This document shows positions 29,182-38,904 of a DNA stretch of 63,581 bases, piece after piece. Each line of letters starts with the position of its first letter. Within the stretch, counting starts at the first letter, position 1. Under the pieces are notes generated by a model. It searched no databases. It had not been told where the DNA came from and saw nothing but the letters and a program-made list of their open reading frames with translations. The DNA is from Bacteroidales bacterium (GTDB lineage: Bacteria > Bacteroidota > Bacteroidia > Bacteroidales > UBA7960), in NCBI GenBank assembly GCA_046261715.1, contig JBHEOF010000003.1, positions 17,298 to 80,878 on the forward strand. Reading direction: 5' to 3'. The position numbers were made by a program, and so were the translations under genes.

Positions 29182-31647
29182 ATGAAAAGAACTTTACTTT
29201 TAACAACTATCCTTTTTATTTCCGGCTTTTTAAGTCCTGCACAAGTTTTACTTGAAGAAAATTTCAGCAGTGGCACATTTCCTCCGGCAGGCTGGAGCAT
29301 TTCAGCCCACACGGCCAACTGGTCAGCTGCAGCTACTTCCAATGCCGGCGGGCAGGCCCCCGAAGCACGTTTTACCTGGACACCTCAGTTTAATGCTGTT
29401 AGTCGTCTTGAAAGCCTTTCACTTGACTTATCTTCCAATGAATCAGGGGTTGTTTCCATCAGTTTTCGACATATGGTTGACCACTACGGAGGAACTTTTC
29501 AGATCGGGCTTGCATACAGTGATAATGGCGGGGAGTGGCAAAATATATGGACTGTAAGCCCTTCTGCGAACATTCCTGCTCAAACCATTTCATTACAATT
29601 GGATACAGATGATTTTCCTGTGAACTCAGATGATGTGAGAATTGGATTTTTCTTTTCCGGAGCCAGTTTTAACATTAATGACTGGTATATCGATGATTTG
29701 AAAATTGTTGTGCCCCTGGCCTTTGATCTTGCCATGAAAGAAATACTTGTTCCTGATTTCTTTGTTGAAGATGTTCCTGTAACTGGTGTTGTGGAAAATC
29801 TTGGTATGGATGAAATTACATCATTTGATATTAACTGGCAACTTAATGATGGAGCTGTTAACACAGAAAGTTTTTCAGAACTTTCCATTCCTTTTGGGTC
29901 AACTTATTTCATTGAAACCGAAGGTTTGATTGAAAATGAACCCGGCACATACACTCTAGCTGTTTTTGTTTCCAATGTAAATGGCCAGGAATCTGATGAC
30001 AATCCTGATAATGATATGCTGGAAAAAACTATCTCTGTTCCTTCAGGATCAGTTGTTTACAGGCCATTGTTTGAGTCTTTTTCTTCTTCAACTTGTCCGC
30101 CCTGTGCACCATTTAATACAAATGTAATGAATCCGTTTATTGAAAACAATATAAATGATCTTTCAATAATAAAGTATCAAATGAACTGGCCTGGAAGTGG
30201 AGATCCTTATTATACGCCTGAGGGTGGCGAAAGAAGATTTTATTATGGTATTTCTGCTGTACCATCCCTGTTTGTAGATGGAAATTCTGTGGCTACCACT
30301 GCGGTAGCTGTAAATAATGCTTTTCAGGAAGGGATTAGCCGTCAGGCCTTTATGGAATTGACTGGTACTAGCAGCATCGACGGAACTACCATTACAGTTG
30401 ATGCTGAAATATTGCCATATCTTACAATTTCAGATCTTCGCCTGCATGTGGTTGTGGTTGAGAAAACTACTTACGACAACGCAACCTCCAACGGTGAAAC
30501 AGAGTTTCATTATGTAATGATGAAAATGATTCCTGATGCTGAAGGCACAACAATAAATCTTACAGATGGCGAAATATACAGTAACAGTTTTACTATCGAT
30601 CTGTCAAATACAAATATTGAAGAGTTTGATGATCTTGCCGTGGTTTTATTTATACAGGATTACCCAAGCAGAATGGTTTTTCAGTCAGCATTTACTTTTC
30701 ATGAAGAAACTATTGCAATTGATTTTGATGTAGAAGACCTTAGCGAAGGTATAGAACTTGACGGGATTGTGAATGTGAGTTTTAGTTCGCCTGTTACATT
30801 TACTGATGGATTAGAAATTACCAATGAAAATGTTCACGAACTGGTTACATATACAATCTTTGATAAGCAGGGTGAAACGGTTGCTTTTACTGCAGCAATT
30901 TCAGATGATAAAAAGAATATTACCATTACACCTGACGAATTACTTGATTTTAATACTCAGTATTTTGTTGAAATTGCTTCGGTTATGGGCCCAGGTGGTA
31001 CCATCACCGAACCCGTAAGCATCGTCTTCACCACCCGTACAACCTACGGTGCACCGGTGGCCACCTTTGATGTGATTGATGAAAGTACAGATGTGCCTGT
31101 TGATCATACTTTCACTGTTGAGTTTAATCAGCCTGTGCGTCATGCCGATGGTTCTGAGATAACCTTCCTGAATATAGGTCAGCTTATTACTTTCCGTAAA
31201 GATAACCTGGATGGTGATGTAGTAAATTTATCTTCAGCTATTAACGAAGATAAAACTGTCATAACCCTTAATCCACTGGCAGATCTGCTGCCCGATCAGC
31301 AATATGTTTTGGGTATTGGCGAGCTTATGGGTCTTGATGATGAAATCAGTGAACCCGTATACGTTACCTTTACTGCGGCTGATGCACTTTCTGCAGGAAC
31401 CTTTGATCTTGCAGAAATCAATATTTATCCCAATCCTGCCAGCAATAAATTTTTCATTGATCTGCCCTCAGGTTCGGGTGAAATGCATTTGCGGTTATAT
31501 GATATCAGCGGTAAATTGCTTTTCAGTAAAACAACCAAAGCTCAACAGGAAGTTGTTGATATTGAAAATTTGAAGTCAGGTGTCTACTTTGTAGAAATCA
31601 TTTCCAATGATTATACTGTAAGAAAAAAAATCGCTGTAACCGATTAA
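29182..31647 (+). CDS. T9SS-secreted multidomain protein with an Omp28-like thioredoxin-fold CxxC domain
   Basis: 821 aa from the ATG at 29182, with a signal peptide. The N-terminal LLEENFSSGTFPPAGWS module is MAM/choice-of-anchor-J-like and is followed by a CARDB-like module. The segment RPLFESFSSSTCPPCAPFN carries a CPPC motif (30094-30105). Two Ig-like (SbsA/Big_5-like) repeats follow, then a T9SS CTD (IYPNPASNKFFIDL...GVYFVEIISNDYTVRKKIAVTD). Confidence 0.7.
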   Translation: MKRTLLLTTILFISGFLSPAQVLLEENFSSGTFPPAGWSISAHTANWSAAATSNAGGQAPEARFTWTPQFNAVSRLESLSLDLSSNESGVVSISFRHMVDHYGGTFQIGLAYSDNGGEWQNIWTVSPSANIPAQTISLQLDTDDFPVNSDDVRIGFFFSGASFNINDWYIDDLKIVVPLAFDLAMKEILVPDFFVEDVPVTGVVENLGMDEITSFDINWQLNDGAVNTESFSELSIPFGSTYFIETEGLIENEPGTYTLAVFVSNVNGQESDDNPDNDMLEKTISVPSGSVVYRPLFESFSSSTCPPCAPFNTNVMNPFIENNINDLSIIKYQMNWPGSGDPYYTPEGGERRFYYGISAVPSLFVDGNSVATTAVAVNNAFQEGISRQAFMELTGTSSIDGTTITVDAEILPYLTISDLRLHVVVVEKTTYDNATSNGETEFHYVMMKMIPDAEGTTINLTDGEIYSNSFTIDLSNTNIEEFDDLAVVLFIQDYPSRMVFQSAFTFHEETIAIDFDVEDLSEGIELDGIVNVSFSSPVTFTDGLEITNENVHELVTYTIFDKQGETVAFTAAISDDKKNITITPDELLDFNTQYFVEIASVMGPGGTITEPVSIVFTTRTTYGAPVATFDVIDESTDVPVDHTFTVEFNQPVRHADGSEITFLNIGQLITFRKDNLDGDVVNLSSAINEDKTVITLNPLADLLPDQQYVLGIGELMGLDDEISEPVYVTFTAADALSAGTFDLAEINIYPNPASNKFFIDLPSGSGEMHLRLYDISGKLLFSKTTKAQQEVVDIENLKSGVYFVEIISNDYTVRKKIAVTD

Positions 31648-31803
31648 TCTGCATTAAATGAAAAAGATCAGGGATTTGATTAAGATGGATTTTCTTAGTA
31701 ACTTCAAGGTAGTCTACAATAAATCAAATTTCTGTTAATACGGTCCGGAGCAATGTAATGCTATGCTGCATTGCTCCGTGCCATCTTTTTCAAATCTAAT
31801 ATT

Positions 31804-33183
31804 ATGAAAAAAATTTTATTACCTGTTCTTTCATCATTAATCATTTCTTTTTTCCCTTTTTCAGAAGTTTTTGCAGATGGAAAGTCATCGATTATCAGGA
31901 TTGATAATTTTTTTAGCGGTCCCATCCACAAAACTCTTGATGATTATCAATTAAAGGGAGAAATAGTTTATATGGGTAATGATACAGTCCAATCATTAAT
32001 TGTCAATTACAAAATCGGGGATGATTTCACAGGGTCAGAAACACTTGCTGATATCGAAATTCTTCCTTATTATCCTTTCAGATATGTAGTTGATGAAACA
32101 TGGCCACCGGAAAATGAAGGAAGTTATGAAGTAAGTATATGGTTTTCCGGTCTCAATGGGAGTGATCCTGACGAAGCAGTAAGCGACACCATGAAAGTAA
32201 ACGTGGATGTGTATGACGAGCTTGCAGAAAGACAAATGGCTTTGCTGGAGAGTTTTTCAAGCATCAATTGCGGCAGTTGTGCTGCGGTAACACCACATCT
32301 CAGAAAAATTGTAGATGAGAATCCGGATTCCTTTGCAATGATTTATTATCATCCTTTACATTATGAAAATAGTCCGCTCCATACCTTCAATCCGAAAGAT
32401 CAGCTTACCAGACGCGATTACTACGAAGTATTTTACACTCCCTATTCTGTAATAGGAAACCTATATGAAGGAGGCAGCGAAGGAGTAACAGATGAATTGA
32501 TGGAACTTGAAATCATTAAATGGTCGGGCTTTTCTGTTGAAGGAACATGGTATGTTGAAGATGATACTCTTCATATTTTCGCTGAAGGCGAAATTTTTGT
32601 AAATACCCAGGATAAGGATTACAGGTTAATGCTTGCAGGAACACAGGAAAGTGTACATTTTGATGATCCGCCGGGTTCAAACGGTGAAAAGGATTTTTAT
32701 CACGTAATGCGATTTTTTGCTCCGGATGCTCAGGGCACAAAGCTCTTGGGAGAAGAAGATAAAACAACTTTTTCATATCAAATTAGCATGCCATGGTATG
32801 AAACACTTGATCCGGAAAATATGACGATGATTGCTTTTATTCAGGAATTGAATACATCTGAAATTTCGCAGGTAGTAAGATTAGATTATCAGGCACCTGA
32901 TGATGATGACGATGATGATACCACATATATTTCAGAACTTTCTGATGATAAAAATCCGTTTCTTATTTATCCCAATCCTGCCAATCAATACATAAGGCTT
33001 AAGGGAGATTATTTGGGAATGCAGCCCCAACAAATAATGCTTTTTGATTTACAGGGGAGGCTGATTAAAACCCAAAGTTTCAATGATCATGTGGACATCA
33101 GTGACATTTCTGCAGGAATTTACTATCTGTACATTCAAACAGGAGATCATACATTCACGGAAAAGATTTCCATTGTAAGATAA
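31804..33183 (+). CDS. T9SS-secreted protein with a CARDB-like module and an Omp28-like CxxC domain; paralog of the preceding gene
   Basis: 459 aa from the ATG at 31804, with a signal peptide. LLESFSSINCGSCAAVTP carries a CGSC motif (32269-32280). A hepta-Asp linker (32899-32919) precedes the T9SS CTD (IYPNPANQYIRL...GIYYLYIQTGDHTFTEKISIVR). Confidence 0.7.
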   Translation: MKKILLPVLSSLIISFFPFSEVFADGKSSIIRIDNFFSGPIHKTLDDYQLKGEIVYMGNDTVQSLIVNYKIGDDFTGSETLADIEILPYYPFRYVVDETWPPENEGSYEVSIWFSGLNGSDPDEAVSDTMKVNVDVYDELAERQMALLESFSSINCGSCAAVTPHLRKIVDENPDSFAMIYYHPLHYENSPLHTFNPKDQLTRRDYYEVFYTPYSVIGNLYEGGSEGVTDELMELEIIKWSGFSVEGTWYVEDDTLHIFAEGEIFVNTQDKDYRLMLAGTQESVHFDDPPGSNGEKDFYHVMRFFAPDAQGTKLLGEEDKTTFSYQISMPWYETLDPENMTMIAFIQELNTSEISQVVRLDYQAPDDDDDDDTTYISELSDDKNPFLIYPNPANQYIRLKGDYLGMQPQQIMLFDLQGRLIKTQSFNDHVDISDISAGIYYLYIQTGDHTFTEKISIVR

Positions 33184-33218
33184 ACTAAAATCTTAAAACC
33201 AATCAACCCATACAAAAC

Positions 33219-33734
33219 ATGCATACAAAATTCAGAATGATCTTTACCGGGATAGTCTTAATGTTGCTTATAAGCAATGGTTTTTCTCAGGGAACAGGTG
33301 CACGCACTATCCCTGACCACACTATTAAAACACTTGATGGGCGGAACTTTCAAACATCAGGCTTTGAAAATAACGGTAAGCCTTATGTTTTGAGTTTCTG
33401 GGCCACCTGGTGCCGCCCCTGCCTGAAGGAACTCAACGCCATAGCTGAAATTTATGACGATTGGCAGGACATGGGCTTCAAGGTCATTGCCGTTAGCACC
33501 GATGATGCCCGCACCCGCGCCAATATTCTTCCTATGGTTAACGGGCGTGGCTGGGAATATGAGTTTTATCATGATGAAAACGGCGATTTTCGTCGTACCA
33601 TGGGTGTAAATATGGTACCCCATACCTTCATAGTTGATGGGAATGGCGAAATTGTTAGCCAGCATACTTCCTTTGCCGATGGTATGGAATGGGAAATGTT
33701 TGATAAATTGATGGAACTTCTTGAAAAAGAATAA
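33219..33734 (+). CDS. TlpA/ResA-like periplasmic thiol:disulfide oxidoreductase (thioredoxin fold)
   Basis: 171 aa with a signal peptide. The active-site motif SFWATWCRPCLKELN carries a CRPC motif (33411-33422). The size and layout are typical of the TlpA/AhpC-TSA family. Confidence 0.85.
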   Translation: MHTKFRMIFTGIVLMLLISNGFSQGTGARTIPDHTIKTLDGRNFQTSGFENNGKPYVLSFWATWCRPCLKELNAIAEIYDDWQDMGFKVIAVSTDDARTRANILPMVNGRGWEYEFYHDENGDFRRTMGVNMVPHTFIVDGNGEIVSQHTSFADGMEWEMFDKLMELLEKE

Positions 33735-33738
33735 AAGC

Positions 33739-35400
33739 ATGACAACAAAAGGGAGATTTGTGTTACTGACCATGCTGGTTGGTTTATTATTTAGTGCCCC
33801 GGTATTATCACAGGATTTGCTGCCGGGGGCAAGGGTTTGGGGAAATTTTCAGATGGATGCCCAGTATTATCAAAATGATTCTTTGATTGGAGCACCCGAA
33901 GTACCTGAAAAGATTTTAATGAATGCCTTTGCCAATATCAATGCCGAGTATAAGGGTTTTACCGTTGGATTGAGATATGAAAGTTATCAGAACCCTTTGC
34001 TGGGGTTCGATACCCGCTATCGTGGTAATGGCATCCCTTATCGCTTTGTAAATTACACACAGGATAATCTGGAGGTGACTTTGGGTAATTTCTACGAACA
34101 ATATGGAAACGGACTGGTATTGCGGAGCTATGTGGAACCCAATCTGGGCCTTGATAATTCGTTTGACGGTGTAAGGTTACTTTATCGTCCGGTTGATGGT
34201 ATTACCTTGCGCACTCTGATAGGTCAGCAACGCTTTTACTGGGAAAAAGGCCCCGGGATTGTCAGAGGAGCTGATGCTGAAATTAACCTTAACCAGGTTT
34301 TCAAAAGTTTCTCAGAATTACAGAGTCAATGGATATTGGGCCTGAGTGGTGTAAGCAAGTTTCAGCGGGATCAGGATCCCATTTATATATTGCCCCAAAA
34401 TGTTGCTGCGTTTGCAGGCAGGGTAAATTTCTCCAGAGGCGGGATCAATATCAATTCTGAGTATGCCTGGAAGGCCAATGATCCATCGTCGGAAAATAAT
34501 TTCATATATCGCCATGGTGAAGCTTTGATTGTAAATACATCGTACTCATTCAGTGGATTTGGATTGCTTCTTTCGGCCAAAAGAATTGATAATATGGGTT
34601 TCCGGTCTAACCGCAGTGCTACAGGGAATGACCTGCAAATCAATTACCTTCCGGCTATGACACGTCAACACCTTTACAGCCTTACGGGTATGTATCCTTA
34701 TGCCACCCAGCCCACCGGAGAAATGGGAGCACAGGCTGAACTCACTTTCAGGTTGCCCCGTAAATCTTTGTTTGGCGGACCTTTTGGCACAACTGTTACC
34801 ATCAATTCAAGTATTGCAAATTCAATTGACAAACAACCCCTTAACGACACCACAGCTATCGGGCAAACCGGAACAGATGGTTATACATCCCGGTTTTTTG
34901 CAGCAGGTGATGAAAAGTACTTTCAGGACCTGAATGTAGAGATCAGCCGACGATTCAACAGAAATCTGAAAGGTACTTTTACTTACATGAACCTGTTTTA
35001 CAACCAGAATGTGATTGAAGGATATCAGGACAGGGAGAACATAAAAGCACATATTTTTGTAGCTGACATGACACTCAGGTTGCAACGCAGAAGATCATTG
35101 CGCTGGGAAATTCAGCATCTGACAACTGCACAGGACAACGGCAACTGGGCCATGTTGCTTCTGGAATATAATATTGCTCCCAGTTGGTTTTTTGCCGTGT
35201 CAGATCAATACAACTATGGCAATGAAAATGAGGATATGCAGGTTCATTATTATACATTCAATGTGGGTTACAATAAAAATGCAAACCGTTTTGTATTGGG
35301 CTGGGGTCGTCAGCGTGAAGGTATCATATGTGTTGGGGGTGTTTGCCGGGTGGTACCTGCATCAAACGGATTTACAATTGGTGTTACCAGTAGTTTTTAA
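33739..35400 (+). CDS. Outer-membrane beta-barrel protein (porin-like, uncharacterised; possibly DUF6029-type)
   Basis: 553 aa from the ATG at 33739, four nt after the TlpA stop. It has a signal peptide, alternating amphipathic beta-strand patterns and the C-terminal ...GFTIGVTSSF ending in Phe, as in OMPs. Confidence 0.65.
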   Translation: MTTKGRFVLLTMLVGLLFSAPVLSQDLLPGARVWGNFQMDAQYYQNDSLIGAPEVPEKILMNAFANINAEYKGFTVGLRYESYQNPLLGFDTRYRGNGIPYRFVNYTQDNLEVTLGNFYEQYGNGLVLRSYVEPNLGLDNSFDGVRLLYRPVDGITLRTLIGQQRFYWEKGPGIVRGADAEINLNQVFKSFSELQSQWILGLSGVSKFQRDQDPIYILPQNVAAFAGRVNFSRGGININSEYAWKANDPSSENNFIYRHGEALIVNTSYSFSGFGLLLSAKRIDNMGFRSNRSATGNDLQINYLPAMTRQHLYSLTGMYPYATQPTGEMGAQAELTFRLPRKSLFGGPFGTTVTINSSIANSIDKQPLNDTTAIGQTGTDGYTSRFFAAGDEKYFQDLNVEISRRFNRNLKGTFTYMNLFYNQNVIEGYQDRENIKAHIFVADMTLRLQRRRSLRWEIQHLTTAQDNGNWAMLLLEYNIAPSWFFAVSDQYNYGNENEDMQVHYYTFNVGYNKNANRFVLGWGRQREGIICVGGVCRVVPASNGFTIGVTSSF

Positions 35401-35417
35401 CGAAAAGACTTAAATAA

Positions 35418-36263
35418 ATGAAAATACTCAGCAGGTTTATTCCGGTTTTAATAATGGTCTGGTTCACTTTTTCCGGATGCGATAAAATTGAACCACCTTA
35501 CATGACCAATACCGATCAGGATGGGGGCAACGGGGAAACAGTCCGTAAATTTTTACTTGAAGAATTTACAGGACATCGTTGCCCCAATTGCCCTGCCGGA
35601 ACAGAAGTGGCAAAAACCTTGAAGACATTCTATGGCGACAGGCTGGTGATTGTTACAATACACGCAGGGTTTTTTGCCATGCCAATGAGTGATCCTTTCC
35701 AATATGATTTCAGAACGCCGGAAGGAACAGCTTTGAATGATTATTTCGGTATTACACAAAATCCTGTGGGACTTGTAAACCGTAATGAATTTGAAGGTGC
35801 TTTGCTGCTGACCCCCGGGGCATGGGGTTCGGCAATGCAGGTGCTGGAAGATTTTCAACCCGATGTCAGACTGGATATAGGCCTAACCCGGATGTCGGGT
35901 AACGAAAATTTCAGACTTGATGCAGGTATTACATCACTGAAAGATCAGGAAGTGGAATTGTATCTTGTTGCATTGCTAGTAGAAGACGGAATTATTAAAC
36001 CCCAAAAAACAAATGATCCTGATTATCCTGATGGTGTTATTTTGGATTATGAGCATAATCATATACTGAGAATGGGTATTACAGATATTTGGGGAGAAAA
36101 GATCAGCGAAGGATTATTTGGTTTTGATGATGCCCAGCATCGGAATTATGATTTTCAGATTGACTCAGGATGGGTTAAGGAAAATTGTTCTGTTGTTGTT
36201 TATGTAATGAATTCGGATATGGAAATTTTGCAGGTTGAGCAAAAGAAACTCCCATCTAATTAA
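35418..36263 (+). CDS. Omp28-family outer-membrane lipoprotein with a CxxC motif
   Basis: 281 aa with a lipobox (WFTFSGC). FLLEEFTGHRCPNCPAG carries a CPNC motif (35580-35591). The mature size of about 28 kDa fits the P. gingivalis Omp28 family. Confidence 0.65.
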   Translation: MKILSRFIPVLIMVWFTFSGCDKIEPPYMTNTDQDGGNGETVRKFLLEEFTGHRCPNCPAGTEVAKTLKTFYGDRLVIVTIHAGFFAMPMSDPFQYDFRTPEGTALNDYFGITQNPVGLVNRNEFEGALLLTPGAWGSAMQVLEDFQPDVRLDIGLTRMSGNENFRLDAGITSLKDQEVELYLVALLVEDGIIKPQKTNDPDYPDGVILDYEHNHILRMGITDIWGEKISEGLFGFDDAQHRNYDFQIDSGWVKENCSVVVYVMNSDMEILQVEQKKLPSN

Positions 36264-36332
36264 TCGATTACAACTTCTTAGTTACTTATTTAAGTTATCT
36301 GAAAATTAAGGTATAAAAACTGATTGTTAATT

Positions 36333-36995
36333 ATGAAAACCGCACTGATTGCTGGAGCCACCGGCCTGGTTGGTTCCTTTTTGGTAAGAATGCTTCTGAA
36401 AGATGGTTATTATGACAAGGTGAAAATCCTGGTAAGAAAACCCGTTGATATGGGTCATCCAGCCCTGGAGCAGATTATATATGATTATGATGACCCGGAT
36501 TTTGACCAGCTGAAAGCCGATGATGTTTTTTGCTGTTTGGGTACAACCATAAAAAAGGCGGGCTCTAAAGAAGCATTCAGAAAAGTAGATCATGATTATC
36601 CGCTTCAACTGGCAAAGGCTTCCCATAAAAATGGTTCGCAAAACTTCAGTATAATCACTGCAATTGGCTCAAACAGTAAGTCTTCCTTTTTCTACAACAA
36701 GGTGAAGGGCGAAATTGAAGAAAACCTGAAAGAAATTCCGTTTCATTCTTTGCAAATTTTCCATCCTTCTATGCTACTGGGTCCCCGTAAGGAAAATCGA
36801 ACCGGAGAAAAAATTGCCAAGCTGTTTTTTCAAAACCTTGGGTTTCTTTTTCCCAAACGCTACAGGGGTATACATGCATCTCAGGTAGCCGGTTGCATGA
36901 TAGATACAATGAAGAAAGCGAAACCTGGCGTGCATATTATTGAGTCAGAATTATTGCACAACTGGCCTTTAGAAAGAAGAATTGATATTCAGTAG
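36333..36995 (+). CDS. NAD(P)H-binding Rossmann-fold oxidoreductase (HTATIP2/atypical SDR-like)
   Basis: The N-terminus is ALIAGATGLVGSFLV (GxxGxxG). Length is ~220 aa. The ATG at 36333 is preferred over the TTG at 36324. Confidence 0.7.
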   Translation: MKTALIAGATGLVGSFLVRMLLKDGYYDKVKILVRKPVDMGHPALEQIIYDYDDPDFDQLKADDVFCCLGTTIKKAGSKEAFRKVDHDYPLQLAKASHKNGSQNFSIITAIGSNSKSSFFYNKVKGEIEENLKEIPFHSLQIFHPSMLLGPRKENRTGEKIAKLFFQNLGFLFPKRYRGIHASQVAGCMIDTMKKAKPGVHIIESELLHNWPLERRIDIQ

Positions 36996-36996
36996 T

Positions 36997-37353
36997 TTAA
37001 CGCTTTTCCTTACCTGTTTTATAGAGCAACACTTCTGCTGTTTCAGTTGTTACAAGGCATCCGTATCGAATTGATTCCATGATGGGATTAATGCTGTCAT
37101 AAAAAGCAAGTACTTTATCTTTTTCATCAATGATTTCGATGATTACAGGCAGCTTTTCAGTTACTTCCCAGAATTTATAGGAATGTATTACCGAACTTGC
37201 TCCATACCCGAGAATGCCTTTGGTAACGGTTGCTCCTGCAAGACCATAATCTTTCGCTTTAAATACGATGGTTTCGTACAGTAGCTTTCCTTCATATTTA
37301 TCCGTTGAACTGATAAATATTTTCAGCGACAATGCTTTCGACTTCTTTTTCAT
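36997..37353 (-). CDS. DUF190 (PII-like fold) protein, co-transcribed with crcB
   Basis: 118 aa. The pattern LKIFISSTDKYEGKLLYETIVFKAKDYGLAGATV is typical of DUF190. It starts one nt after the crcB stop. Confidence 0.7.
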   Translation of the reverse strand: MKKKSKALSLKIFISSTDKYEGKLLYETIVFKAKDYGLAGATVTKGILGYGASSVIHSYKFWEVTEKLPVIIEIIDEKDKVLAFYDSINPIMESIRYGCLVTTETAEVLLYKTGKEKR

Positions 37354-37354
37354 C

Positions 37355-37732
37355 TCAAATCAATTTTATCAGGGATCTGCCTGCAAAAACAGCCATGATG
37401 CCCAGAAAAAAACTTAAGCTCATATAGCTTGCAAACCGCAGGAGTTCTTTGCTTTGCAGCAGTAAGAAAGCATCATTAGATACAGTTGAAAAGGTAGTAA
37501 AGCCGCCACAAAAACCTAAGGTTAAAAACACACGCCATTCCTGCGACATGATATTATTCTTTTCGAAGATACCAAAGAAGATACCTATCAGGAAGCTTCC
37601 GGCAATATTAACAACTATGGTTCCCCAGGGGAAGACAGAATCATAGGCGAGCTGAAAATATCTTAAAACAATAAACCGTAAAACTGTACCCAGAAATCCA
37701 CCGAAACCTGCAATCAATAAAAGTTTTACCAT
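37355..37732 (-). CDS. crcB: Fluoride ion channel CrcB/FluC
   Basis: 125 aa with four TM segments. It carries the motifs GGFLGTVLR and GFCGGFTTFST and is preceded by a fluoride riboswitch. Confidence 0.92.
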   Translation of the reverse strand: MVKLLLIAGFGGFLGTVLRFIVLRYFQLAYDSVFPWGTIVVNIAGSFLIGIFFGIFEKNNIMSQEWRVFLTLGFCGGFTTFSTVSNDAFLLLQSKELLRFASYMSLSFFLGIMAVFAGRSLIKLI

Positions 37733-37758
37733 AAATGTACTGGTTTGAATTATATTAT

Positions 37759-37816
37759 GGTAGAAGTCATCAGCCGTTGATTAACATGGCGGTTAAAGGC
37801 AGACCTCATTGCCCGG
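37759..37816 (-). promoter_or_regulatory. Fluoride riboswitch (crcB motif)
   Basis: The reverse complement reads CCGGGCAATGAGGTCTGCCTTTAACCGCCATGTTAATCAACGGCTGATGACTTCTACC. This matches the crcB-motif layout (GGnGAUGnnGUUCnnCC ... AACCGCC ... GCUGAUGAnnnCUAC). It lies directly 5' of crcB. Confidence 0.85.
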
Positions 37817-37862
37817 ATGCAAATGTAACAATCTTTAAGGTAGGTTTTAATAAATGACTTTT

Positions 37863-38750
37863 TTACTCTTCTGCCTTACTATGATAATACCTGGCTTTGC
37901 TTTTATCATCAAAACGCAGATAAATATTTCCAATAAACCTTGCATATTCGGGTTTTGGATCTTTTTTGTAAAGGCGTAAGAAATAATTCAGCGATTTATG
38001 AAAATCTGCATTGAGGACCTCAAAAGCACGAAGCAGCTGTGCATATTGCCTGTGTGTGCGGTTTTTTTCATAAGCTTCCATTTCCGATTGATACCGGTTT
38101 TCGGCCCTCCAGAAATATTTTTCGGCCATATGGGAAAGGGCATCTGTATTATCGGGGTTCAGTAATAAAAGATCTTCTGCAATATCATCAAGGCGAGATT
38201 CATTTTCAAGAGCCTGATTTACATGAAAGAACCTGTTTAACATATCTTCATCATTTCGGACCTTGCTTTCAATCTCCTCCCAGATGTTAAATGCTTTTTC
38301 GTAATTTCTGCTTTCGGTATACGTAACAAAAAGCCTTTGCTTCATTGCATCTGCTTTTTTACCTTCGTTTTGCTTTTCTAAGAACATTTCAATAGCAGTA
38401 ATTTCGCGCGATAGATTATCAATTTCCCGGTTTAGTTTGGCCAATATATAATGCGCATCTGCATCTGCCGTTTCCGAATGCCGGATAAGATTAAGATAGT
38501 TGAGTGCTTTTTCTGATTGCCCGAGATGATAAGCGGAAAGGCCGGCCCCGCTGTAAATGCTGTCAGGTATAGCAGCTACATCATTACTGTGCTGAGAAAT
38601 AAATTCCTCATAAAGTTGCAGAGCGGCGGCATAATCTTCTTCCTGATACGCTTTTGTTGCATTATTGCTTAACTCTGTTAACTGTCGTGAGCCCGAACAT
38701 GCCGCTGCAAAGAGAATAAGTATGAATATTATTTTAGAAAGATTTTTCAT
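37863..38750 (-). CDS. TPR-repeat lipoprotein, unknown function
   Basis: 295 aa with a signal peptide and lipobox (LFAAACSG). It has repeated Ala/Tyr/Leu-rich helical TPR-like units. Confidence 0.6.
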   Translation of the reverse strand: MKNLSKIIFILILFAAACSGSRQLTELSNNATKAYQEEDYAAALQLYEEFISQHSNDVAAIPDSIYSGAGLSAYHLGQSEKALNYLNLIRHSETADADAHYILAKLNREIDNLSREITAIEMFLEKQNEGKKADAMKQRLFVTYTESRNYEKAFNIWEEIESKVRNDEDMLNRFFHVNQALENESRLDDIAEDLLLLNPDNTDALSHMAEKYFWRAENRYQSEMEAYEKNRTHRQYAQLLRAFEVLNADFHKSLNYFLRLYKKDPKPEYARFIGNIYLRFDDKSKARYYHSKAEE

Positions 38751-38904
38751 ATAGGATAAGCAAAAAATTAGGGAAACTTTTCACTGAAAGGTTTCCCTGA
38801 ACAACTTTCATTAACTGCTGCAAAGGTAACAATTATGAAGGTTTGATAAAGTCAAAATTTGTGAACGTGTAAAAAACTATAATTACATTTCATAAAATGA
38901 TCTT

